Source: Nitrospirota bacterium (GTDB lineage Bacteria; Nitrospirota; Thermodesulfovibrionia; Thermodesulfovibrionales; Dissulfurispiraceae). From it: a DNA stretch of 22,207 nt. Of this stretch, positions 7,433 through 15,502 are shown piece after piece; position 1 is the first letter of the stretch, and each line of letters begins with the position of its first letter. Both the position numbers and the translations under genes were made by a program. The stretch lies in the NCBI GenBank assembly GCA_040754455.1, contig JBFMCP010000044.1, positions 1-22,207 of the forward strand, written 5' to 3'. Under the pieces are notes generated by a model. It was not told the origin of the DNA. It made no database searches and worked only from the letters and a program-made list of their open reading frames with translations.

Positions 7433-10400
7433 ATGAAACTCCATACTGTACTCTTTGCATTCCTTATATTAGCCCCTTTTTCCGTATGCGCTGGGCAGCA
7501 CACACCTGCAACAGTGCCCGAATACCTCCTAGAAGTCTCTTTTGACATCCCCCAATCGAAGATAATCGGCACCGCCGCTTTTAATGTTCAGACTGGCCAG
7601 GAGATTTCCTTCTCCACCGGGAACCTGAGCATTAATGAGGTGACGCTGAACGGCCAGAAGGTTGATGTTGCTGTACAGGAAAAGGTTTTGAAGCTGAAGC
7701 CGCTGCAAAGTGGTGAGCTCGTTATCAGGTATGAGGGGGTCTTTAAGGGCGACAATGCCGTGAGCACTGCCAATGACGGCGTCACCGAGAGTGTTATCAG
7801 CGAGAAAGGGGTTTCCCTCACCGGAATATGGTATCCGCAGATACATGGCCTCTGCCGCTATCGTTTGAAAGCACTGCTACCTCCCGGCTATCAGGCAATC
7901 TCAGAGGCGGAACGGATTGAGAAGAGCGCGGAAAACGGAGGGGGGACGTTCACCTTCGATTTTCCCCATCCTGTTGATGGAATCAATCTGATTGCATCGA
8001 GCCGGTATGTGGAAATCAGGGATACATTTAACGCCATAGAGCTGTATGCCTATTTCTTTCCCGAGGACAGGGAGCTCGCCAAGGCCTATCTTGCATATAC
8101 TAAGAAATATCTGCAACAGTATGAGACTCTTATCGGTCCCTACCCCTATAAGCGCTTCTCGATTGCCGAGAATTTTCTCCCCTCCGGCTACTCCATGCCC
8201 ACCTATACCTTGCTGGGACAGGACGTCGTGCGCCTCCCTTTTATCGTTGAGACGTCCCTCGGACATGAGATACTTCACCAGTGGTTTGGTAATTACGTGT
8301 ATATCGACTATGAAAAGGGGAACTGGGCAGAGGGGCTGACCACCTATCTCGCCGACCACCGGTTCGAGGAACAGAGGGGCAAGGGGTGGGAATACCGCAA
8401 ACAGATACTGATCGATTATGAGAGTTATGTGAACAGCAAAAACGAGATCGCTCTCAAGGATTTCAGGGGACGTACCGACAATGCCTCGAAAGCGATCGGC
8501 TACGGCAAGGCTGCATTGATATTCCATATGCTGAAAAACAGGGCGGGCGAGGATGCCTTTATCGCAGCATTGAGGGAGTTTGTCAAGGAGCAACAGTTCC
8601 GGAAGGCTTCATGGGAGGATATACGGGCGGTATTTGAGAAACAGCTCAAAAAAGACCTTGAATGGTTTTTCAAACAATGGGTGGACAATGCCGGATTGCC
8701 TGCAATCGAGGCCCACCGCATTGCAGTAAAGCAGAACGGTGATACCTATGAGGCGAGTATCAGTATCGGCCAAAGGGAGGACGTTTACATGCTCGATGTC
8801 CCGCTGACCGTTTCCTTTCCCGATGGGCCCGAAAAGAGGCAGACCGTACTGATCGACAAGGCCAAAAACAATGTGACGGAGCAGTTCGACCGCATGCCCG
8901 GAAAAATCATTATTGATGGAGATTACGATATCGCACGGCATCTGGATGAGGATGAGCTGCCGCCGGTCATCGCGCGGATCATCGGGGCTGAGCAGCCGGT
9001 TGTTGCTGCTGCACAGGATGATGCGGAAAAGTACCGCAGTGTCATCGAAGCGTTCAAAGAGCGCGGCGCGGTCGAGAGGAAGGCGGAAGAGCTGAGCGAC
9101 GGCGATATCAAAAACGCTACGCTTATCGTGCTCGGCAAAGACAATCCACTGCTGAAAAGGCTTTTCAGTATAACGGGTGACGACGCCGGATTCACCGTCA
9201 TCGTCAAGGAGAATCCCTGGAACCCGCGTAAGGTGATCGGCATTATCAACGCTCTCTCGAAGGAGGAGGCCGATGCCGCCTCCCGGAAGATATTTCATTA
9301 CGGGAAATACAGTATGCTCTCTTTCGAAAAAGGCAAGAATACTCTCAAGAGCATTGAGGAGTCCCGGCGGGGTGCAGCACTGTGGAAGAAAGAGAAAACG
9401 ATGGCAATCGATGTCGCTGCCCTCACGACACTGCCTGAGGTGATCGAGCGTGTCGCAACCAAGAAGATCGTCTATGTCGGTGAGTTCCACAACCGCTTTG
9501 AGCACCACGCAGCCCAGCTTGAGGTCATCAGGGGACTCTATGCGAAAAATAAAAAGATTGCAATCGGTATGGAGATGTTCCAGCGGCCTTTCCAGAAAAC
9601 ACTCGACGCCTTTATTGCAGGCACCATCGATGAAAGAGAATTCTTGAAGAAGTCCGAATACTTCAAGCGCTGGAGCTTCGATTATAACCTGTACAAGCCG
9701 ATCCTCTCTTTTGCGAGGGCCGAAAAGATACCGGTCATTGCCCTCAACATTGAGCGCGAGATCATAGAGAAGGTATCCAAAGGCGGCATTGATGCCCTTT
9801 CCGAGGAGGAGCGGAAAGAGTTACCCCGATCCATGGATTTCTCCGATGCGGCATACCGTGAAAGGCTCAAAGAGGTGTTTCAGGGGCACGGACACGGTAC
9901 TCTGAAGAACAGGGACTTCACCAATTTCTATCAATCCCAGATACTCTGGGATGAAACCATGGCCCAGTCTATTGATGCCTTTTTCAGGGACAATCCCGAC
10001 TACCAGGCCTCCGGACAGATGGTCGTGATCGCCGGCGGCGGTCACCTCGCCTACGGCGCCGGAATCCCCCACAGGGCGCACCGGAGAAACGGCTACAGTT
10101 ATGCGATCATTCTGAATGACGGCGAAATCGAAAAGGGCATTGCGGATTATATCGCGTTCCCCGAGCAGGTGGATGCGGTTGCCGGACCGAAGCTCATGGC
10201 CACCCTGCAGGAAGAGAACGGAAGGGTCAGTATTGCGGAGTTTTCCGAGCAGAGCATTGCAAAGGCGGCTGGACTTAAAGTGGGAGATATCCTGCTGGCG
10301 CTCGATGACCTACCGGTGCATTCTATTGAAGATGTGAGGATCCATCTCCTCTACAAAAAGAGAGGGGAGCCCTTGCGAGTGAAAGTGATGCGGAAGAGAT

Positions 10401-10444
10401 TTCTCTTCGGCGACAAGGTGATGGAGTTTACCATTACTTTGTAG
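7433..10444 (+). CDS. Exported M1-family metallopeptidase fused to ChaN-like (EreA/TIKI superfamily) and PDZ domains
   Basis: Signal peptide, HEILH-x18-E (WAEGL) zinc motif, and YGKAALIFHML. ChaN-type motifs VYVGEFH, GMEMF, QILWDETMA and AGGGH. C-terminal PDZ (AKAAGLKVGDILLALD). Confidence 0.85.
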   Translation: MKLHTVLFAFLILAPFSVCAGQHTPATVPEYLLEVSFDIPQSKIIGTAAFNVQTGQEISFSTGNLSINEVTLNGQKVDVAVQEKVLKLKPLQSGELVIRYEGVFKGDNAVSTANDGVTESVISEKGVSLTGIWYPQIHGLCRYRLKALLPPGYQAISEAERIEKSAENGGGTFTFDFPHPVDGINLIASSRYVEIRDTFNAIELYAYFFPEDRELAKAYLAYTKKYLQQYETLIGPYPYKRFSIAENFLPSGYSMPTYTLLGQDVVRLPFIVETSLGHEILHQWFGNYVYIDYEKGNWAEGLTTYLADHRFEEQRGKGWEYRKQILIDYESYVNSKNEIALKDFRGRTDNASKAIGYGKAALIFHMLKNRAGEDAFIAALREFVKEQQFRKASWEDIRAVFEKQLKKDLEWFFKQWVDNAGLPAIEAHRIAVKQNGDTYEASISIGQREDVYMLDVPLTVSFPDGPEKRQTVLIDKAKNNVTEQFDRMPGKIIIDGDYDIARHLDEDELPPVIARIIGAEQPVVAAAQDDAEKYRSVIEAFKERGAVERKAEELSDGDIKNATLIVLGKDNPLLKRLFSITGDDAGFTVIVKENPWNPRKVIGIINALSKEEADAASRKIFHYGKYSMLSFEKGKNTLKSIEESRRGAALWKKEKTMAIDVAALTTLPEVIERVATKKIVYVGEFHNRFEHHAAQLEVIRGLYAKNKKIAIGMEMFQRPFQKTLDAFIAGTIDEREFLKKSEYFKRWSFDYNLYKPILSFARAEKIPVIALNIEREIIEKVSKGGIDALSEEERKELPRSMDFSDAAYRERLKEVFQGHGHGTLKNRDFTNFYQSQILWDETMAQSIDAFFRDNPDYQASGQMVVIAGGGHLAYGAGIPHRAHRRNGYSYAIILNDGEIEKGIADYIAFPEQVDAVAGPKLMATLQEENGRVSIAEFSEQSIAKAAGLKVGDILLALDDLPVHSIEDVRIHLLYKKRGEPLRVKVMRKRFLFGDKVMEFTITL

Positions 10445-10638
10445 TGACCGGGGGGAGACGGAGTTTTTGAGTAGTTGCAAAGCCCTCCCTTTTGTGCTAT
10501 TCATGAAATAGGTAGTGCTGCGCTGATGGTACATCCTCGCATCTCGACTTGAGTCGCTTATTCTCCCGATCGGATCTCATTTCACAAAAACCTTTTTATT
10601 CCGTTTTTTTATCAATGTTATGGAGCAAGGAGGTGTTC

Positions 10639-12099
10639 ATGAAGAAACGCAACGCCACCGATGTTACTTCCTCTCTTTTTATTCGGCTGGTGCTCGGCTT
10701 TATGCTGCTGTGTATCTTTTATGCCTATGAGAATGTTCCTGCACAGGAGAAAGGGGTTTCGTCAGAGGCGCGGACATTTCTCGACCGCATGAGCAGGTCC
10801 CTCGCAGAGGTCGCTGAGGTGGCAAAACCATCGGTGGTCAACATATCGACGACCATGAGCATGAATTTTGAAGACACGCCTTTTGGAGGTCTGCTTGATG
10901 ATCCGTTCTTCAGAAAGTTTTTCGGTGAGAATTTCGACCGTCCCGGTCCGAAGAAGGGGTTCAAATCTTCCGCCCTCGGCTCGGGGGTCATTATATCTGA
11001 AGATGGTTATATACTCACCGGCCACCATGTCGTCGAGAATGCTGAAGAAATAAAGGTTGTTCTGGGCGATAAGAGAGAATTCAGGGGAAGGGTCATCGGG
11101 AGCGATCCGCCGACCGATGTGGCGGTGATTAAAATCGATGCCAAGGGCCTCCCTGCAATAAAGATGGGAGATTCACGTGCACTGAAGGCAGGTGATGTGG
11201 TGCTGGCTATCGGGAATCCTTTCGGACTGAATCAGACCATAACGATGGGCATTGTAAGCGCTATTGGGAGAACCGACATCGGTATTGCCGATTATGAAGA
11301 CTTCATACAGATCGATGCGGCAGTCAACCCCGGCAACTCGGGAGGGGCGCTGGTCAACACCGGCGGTGAGCTGGTCGGCATCAACACCGCAATTTTTTCG
11401 ACTTCCGGCGGCAGCATGGGGGTGGGGTTTGCCATTCCCTCTGCAATGGCAAATACCGTTGCACAGGGCATCATACGACACGGCAAGGTGGTGCGCGGAT
11501 GGCTTGGGGTATCGGTCCAGGACCTCACGGCCGAACTGGCGCAGTCTCTCGGCATCAGGCAGGAGCAGGGTGCACTGGTGACCGAGGTGATGAAAGGAAG
11601 CCCGGCGGAAAAGGCCGGATTGAAGCGGGGTGATCTTATCGTAGGTTTTAGAGGTAAAGCTGTCGAAAACTCTTCGACGCTCAGGAATACGGTCGCTAAT
11701 ACCCCGCCGGGGACAAAGGCGGAGCTCAAGATTATACGCGGCGGAAAGGAGGAAACACTTTCGATAACCGTGGAAGAGCTTACGCCGCCGAAAGCAGCCC
11801 AGCGTGCCGCTTACAAGAATGCGCTGAGAGGGGTACACGTTCAGGAACTTACCCCTGAGATGCGGGAGGCGCTGAACGCGCCGAAGGACATGAAGGGCGT
11901 CATCGTCACCTCGATCAGCGGGGAGAGCCCTGCGCGGCAGGTGCTCAGAAAGAGCGATATTATTCAGGAAGTGAACCGGAAACCGGTAAGCGGACTGCAA
12001 GAGTATGAAAGTATCGTTTCAAAAATCGGCCCTGACGAAACAGTCCTCCTGCTAGTCTACAGAAACGGAGGTTCCCTCTATGTAACGATCAAGCCGTGA
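10639..12099 (+). CDS. DegP/DegQ (HtrA, Do-family) periplasmic serine endoprotease with two PDZ domains
   Basis: Catalytic triad motifs TGHHVV, TDVAVIKI and GNSGG, two PDZ domains, and an N-terminal hydrophobic segment. AGGAGG RBS precedes ATG 10639, which is preferred over TTG 10549. Confidence 0.92.
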   Translation: MKKRNATDVTSSLFIRLVLGFMLLCIFYAYENVPAQEKGVSSEARTFLDRMSRSLAEVAEVAKPSVVNISTTMSMNFEDTPFGGLLDDPFFRKFFGENFDRPGPKKGFKSSALGSGVIISEDGYILTGHHVVENAEEIKVVLGDKREFRGRVIGSDPPTDVAVIKIDAKGLPAIKMGDSRALKAGDVVLAIGNPFGLNQTITMGIVSAIGRTDIGIADYEDFIQIDAAVNPGNSGGALVNTGGELVGINTAIFSTSGGSMGVGFAIPSAMANTVAQGIIRHGKVVRGWLGVSVQDLTAELAQSLGIRQEQGALVTEVMKGSPAEKAGLKRGDLIVGFRGKAVENSSTLRNTVANTPPGTKAELKIIRGGKEETLSITVEELTPPKAAQRAAYKNALRGVHVQELTPEMREALNAPKDMKGVIVTSISGESPARQVLRKSDIIQEVNRKPVSGLQEYESIVSKIGPDETVLLLVYRNGGSLYVTIKP

Positions 12100-12108
12100 T
12101 GTTATATT

Positions 12109-12241
12109 CAGGTTAGGGCTGAGGCAGAATGAAAATCAAAGCGCAAAGAGCAAAACGAAAAGATGAGGAGTCCTTAATTTTTATTTTTGCTCTTTGATCT
12201 TTGCTTCCTTATATCCTCAGCCTTATCCTTGTCTCACCCCT
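12109..12241. repeat. Nested inverted-arm repeat element C (inner heptamer CAAAGNG / CTTTGNT, outer hexamer-like arms); possible bidirectional terminator
   Basis: CAAAGAGCAAAA (12144-12155) is the exact reverse complement of TTTTGCTCTTTG (12185-12196). GGCTGAGG (12117-12124) pairs with CCTCAGCC (12215-12222). Lies between convergent genes. Confidence 0.75.
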
Positions 12242-12258
12242 CTCTCAACAGCGGGAGA

Positions 12259-12519
12259 TCACGCCGGCTGCCGGGTTTCGAAATTCTTGATGAACTGCTC
12301 TATCTGCACCCCCAGATAAACGCACTTTATATTGTTCATACAATCATCGGCATCCTTCTTTTCGAGGTGGGTGGTCAATTCGTTTGCACCCTTCTTGAAC
12401 CTGACGATCCAGGCACCTTTCGCCTCATCGAAGGTGAGGCTTACGGCGATCCCGTGCTCCCTGATCTCCGGATACATCTCCAGGATCTTGTCCTCCAAAG
12501 CAACCTGTGTATATCCCAT
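12259..12519 (-). CDS. Small hypothetical protein (86 aa, MGYTQVALEDKILEMYPEI..., Cx5C near C-terminus)
   Basis: Strong AGGAGG RBS before ATG at 12519, its own sigma70-like promoter, and protein-like composition. The ORF-track start at 12585 falls inside the leader hairpin. Confidence 0.8.
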   Translation of the reverse strand: MGYTQVALEDKILEMYPEIREHGIAVSLTFDEAKGAWIVRFKKGANELTTHLEKKDADDCMNNIKCVYLGVQIEQFIKNFETRQPA

Positions 12520-12537
12520 ACTCTCCTCCTTTGTGGT

Positions 12538-12590
12538 AGGGTATGGAGGCAAACTATCTTCGCTACGAATACAGTTTGCCTCCACGCCCT
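12538..12590 (-). promoter_or_regulatory. Long inverted repeat (53 nt) in the 5' leader of the 86-aa gene
   Basis: Perfect 12-bp core TGGAGGCAAACT / AGTTTGCCTCCA, extended on both sides by further and G:U pairs. Confidence 0.7.
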
Positions 12591-12602
12591 TGAACTTACT
12601 TA

Positions 12603-12631
12603 ACTGTATTCCAGCCCGGGCCGCTTGTCAA
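12603..12631 (-). promoter_or_regulatory. Sigma70-type promoter for the 86-aa gene
   Basis: Minus strand reads TTGACA, 17 bp, TACAGT. Confidence 0.65.
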
Positions 12632-12682
12632 GCCGTTGTAAAGACAGTGGGGACGTGCCGTCGTCCCCGACAGGGTACCGCT

Positions 12683-12712
12683 TTGCATCCACTCCCTCGT
12701 CTTTGATACAAT
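12683..12712 (+). promoter_or_regulatory. Putative hflX promoter
   Basis: TTGCAT (12683-12688), 18 bp, extended -10 TGaTACAAT (hexamer 12707-12712). Confidence 0.5.
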
Positions 12713-12730
12713 TAAAAAGGAGGTTTTGCG

Positions 12731-14380
12731 ATCGCCACGATCTACGGAGATATATCAGGCTTAAAGAAGAGTTCTCTTCAGTCCCTCGAGAGGATTTATC
12801 GCAGGAGAATCCCTGTCGAAAAGCTGATCACCCCGGAACTTGCCCGTTTTCTCACCGAACTTTCTTCCGAGCTCGGCAAGCAGCTCGGCATTCTTGTGGC
12901 CAGGAACGGCGCCATTACCCATGTGATCGTGGGCAGTGCCAACAGCGTCTTTATCCCTGATCTCGATGATTCTCCTCTCGGCAAAAAGGCGCTCCGGGGG
13001 CTCAGGTTCATTCATACCCATCTCAGGGACGAACCGCTCAACAACGAAGATATTGCCGACCTTGCGCTGCTCAGGTTCGACATGATCGCCGCGATAAGCA
13101 TCAAAGACCGTCTGCCCTATAAGATATATACGGCACACCTGATGCCCTACGGGTCTGATAAGAAATACGAGAGAGAGGCCGCCGATTTTTATCGTTATGA
13201 CATAGATTTTAACAGCACGGTTCGTGCCCTCGAAGACGAGATGGACCGATCGAGAGGGTTCAATCAGAAGGATCCCCGGGAGAGGGCTATTCTGGTCAGC
13301 GCATCGACAGAGCCGAAGTATGAGCTCGAGGATTCCATGGAAGAGCTGAAAGAGCTGGCGGTCTCGAGCGATGTCATTGTTCTGGACGCGGTCATCCAGC
13401 GGCTCAAGGAAGTGAACCCCAAGTATCTCCTCGGCGAGGGTAAGTTAAAAGAGATCGTTATCAATGCGATGGATAAAGGGGCGACGCTGCTCATTTTCGA
13501 TCAGGACCTGAACCCTTCGCAGATACGCGCAATCGCCGAGACGACGGAACTCAAGGTGATCGACCGCTCTCAATTGATCCTCGACATCTTTGCACGGAGG
13601 GCACACAGCAGAGACGGTAAGGTTCAGGTGGAGCTGGCCCAGCTCAAGTATGCGCTGCCGCGACTCACCGGAAAGGGGACGGCCATGTCGCGTCTCACCG
13701 GCGGCATCGGCGGAAGAGGGCCGGGTGAGATGAAACTCGAAATCGACCGCAGACGCATTCGCGACCGCATCGCCCGCCTCGAGAAGGAACTTAAAATGCT
13801 GGGTGAGGCGAGGCGTCAGCGAAAGCAAAAGAGGATTGAACACCGTATTCCGATTGTCTCGATCGTCGGGTACACCAATGCAGGGAAATCGACGCTGCTC
13901 AACGCCCTGACGCGGAGCTCGACGGTGGTGGAAGACAAGATGTTCGCCACGCTCGATACCGCCAGCAGAAGGCTGAAATTCCCGCGTGAGCGGGAGATCA
14001 TCATTACCGATACGGTCGGTTTCATCAGGGATCTGCCCAAAGATTTACTGGCCGCGTTCAAGGCGACGCTGGAAGAGCTGGAGGATGCCGACCTGCTGGT
14101 GCATGTGGTGGATATCTCCAATCCCCGCTTCGAGCAGCATATCGCCTCTGTTGAAGCGATCCTCAAGGAGCTTAAAATAAGCAAGAAACCGGCGCTGACG
14201 GTATTCAACAAGATCGACAAAGTTTCTCAGGAAGAAGCCGACCGCACTATCTTGCGGCATCATGCCATCGGCGTATCCGCAAAGCATCCCGACACCCTCG
14301 GCCCGCTCCTCAATGCCATAGAGCATCGCCTCTGGGAACCGCAGATAGTTGAAGACTTTTCCGAGCGGGTGGAGGTATAA
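12731..14380 (+). CDS. hflX: GTPase HflX, long form with N-terminal extension; probable ATC start
   Basis: [32 protein letters not shown]1 [14 protein letters not shown]3 DTVG and G4 NKID motifs. Frame is open from 12716. AGGAGG at 12718-12723 lies 7 nt before the in-frame ATC 12731. Gene identity is high confidence; the start position is less certain. Confidence 0.9.
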   Translation: MATIYGDISGLKKSSLQSLERIYRRRIPVEKLITPELARFLTELSSELGKQLGILVARNGAITHVIVGSANSVFIPDLDDSPLGKKALRGLRFIHTHLRDEPLNNEDIADLALLRFDMIAAISIKDRLPYKIYTAHLMPYGSDKKYEREAADFYRYDIDFNSTVRALEDEMDRSRGFNQKDPRERAILVSASTEPKYELEDSMEELKELAVSSDVIVLDAVIQRLKEVNPKYLLGEGKLKEIVINAMDKGATLLIFDQDLNPSQIRAIAETTELKVIDRSQLILDIFARRAHSRDGKVQVELAQLKYALPRLTGKGTAMSRLTGGIGGRGPGEMKLEIDRRRIRDRIARLEKELKMLGEARRQRKQKRIEHRIPIVSIVGYTNAGKSTLLNALTRSSTVVEDKMFATLDTASRRLKFPREREIIITDTVGFIRDLPKDLLAAFKATLEELEDADLLVHVVDISNPRFEQHIASVEAILKELKISKKPALTVFNKIDKVSQEEADRTILRHHAIGVSAKHPDTLGPLLNAIEHRLWEPQIVEDFSERVEV

Positions 14381-14388
14381 TACTGGGT

Positions 14389-15465
14389 ATGGAATTTTCG
14401 CCGAAATGGATCGCCTGGGAAATCACCCGCCGCTGCAATCTCAAATGCGTGCACTGCCGCTCTTCTTCCGAGCTGGAGATCAAGGGACATCCCGATTTTT
14501 CCCTCGAAGAGGCGTTCAGAATCATTGATGACATCGCGAGCTACGCAAAACCTGTGGTCGTGCTCTCCGGTGGTGAACCCCTGTTGCGAAAGGATGTCTT
14601 CGAGATCGCGAAGTACGGCACGGAAAAAGGTCTCAGGATGTGCCTCGCCACCAATGGTACGCTCGTCACCGACGATATCTGTGCAAAGATAAAAGCGTCG
14701 GGCATCAGGATGGTCTCGATGAGCCTCGATGGTTCGACGGCCGAGGTGCATGACAATTTCAGAAATGAGAAGGGTGCCTTCAACGGGACCGTCAATGCCG
14801 CGAAGCTCTTCAAAAAGAACGGCATTGAGTTTCTCTTCAATTCATCGTTCACCAAACGGAACCAGGAGGAGATCCCGAAGGTCTACAAGCTCGCCAAAGA
14901 GCTCGGTGCAACGGCATGGTACATGTTCATGATCGTCCCCACCGGCAGGGGCGAGGAGATCATGAACGAGCTGATCTCGAAAGAGGATTATGAAAAGATC
15001 CTCGACTGGCATTACCGGATGGAGAAAGGCGAGAGTGACATTCTCGTGCGTCCGACCTGTGCGCCCCACTACTACCGTGTGGTTCTTCAGAAGCAAAAAG
15101 AGGAGGGCGCCAAATTCGAGCGCCGTACCCTCAAGTTCTCCACCGGCGGCTCCAAAGGCTGCCTTGCAGGACAGCTCATCTGCCTCATCGACGTGGACGG
15201 CAACGTCCTCCCGTGCAGCTACTTCCCCAAATCAGCGGGAAACATCAGGCAGCAATCATTCAAGGATATATGGGAACATTCCGAGCTCTTCAAGGATATG
15301 CGGAACTTTAAGGGATACAAAGGCAGGTGCGGCTCCTGCGAATACGTCAATGTCTGCGGCGGATGCAGGGCGAGGGCGTATTCGATACACGGCGATTATC
15401 TTGCCGAAGAACCCTTCTGCAGCTATGTGCCTTTTAAAGTGAAGAGAACCGGAGCCTCTCAATAA
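14389..15465 (+). CDS. Radical SAM/SPASM protein, AhbD/NirJ-like (putative heme b synthase / coproheme decarboxylase)
   Basis: [44 protein letters not shown]...PCSY and [18 protein letters not shown]. Directly upstream of hemE. Confidence 0.75.
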   Translation: MEFSPKWIAWEITRRCNLKCVHCRSSSELEIKGHPDFSLEEAFRIIDDIASYAKPVVVLSGGEPLLRKDVFEIAKYGTEKGLRMCLATNGTLVTDDICAKIKASGIRMVSMSLDGSTAEVHDNFRNEKGAFNGTVNAAKLFKKNGIEFLFNSSFTKRNQEEIPKVYKLAKELGATAWYMFMIVPTGRGEEIMNELISKEDYEKILDWHYRMEKGESDILVRPTCAPHYYRVVLQKQKEEGAKFERRTLKFSTGGSKGCLAGQLICLIDVDGNVLPCSYFPKSAGNIRQQSFKDIWEHSELFKDMRNFKGYKGRCGSCEYVNVCGGCRARAYSIHGDYLAEEPFCSYVPFKVKRTGASQ

Positions 15466-15502
15466 TTCCTGATTACATTCTACAGCACCATTTGGAGGAT
15501 TG

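Noticed and set aside
10445..10638. Possible riboswitch or structured leader upstream of degQ
   Set aside because: Only short stems (e.g. CGACTTGAGTCG) and a weak promoter match. No family consensus recognised.
12538..12590. c-di-GMP-I riboswitch suggested by GGCAAAC
   Set aside because: No GNRA tetraloop/receptor or second stem. The sequence is a single long inverted repeat.
12726..12764. Short out-of-frame TTG ORF as an hflX leader peptide or frameshift start
   Set aside because: TTG is only 2 nt from the SD and no slippery site is evident. The in-frame ATC at 7 nt fits better.
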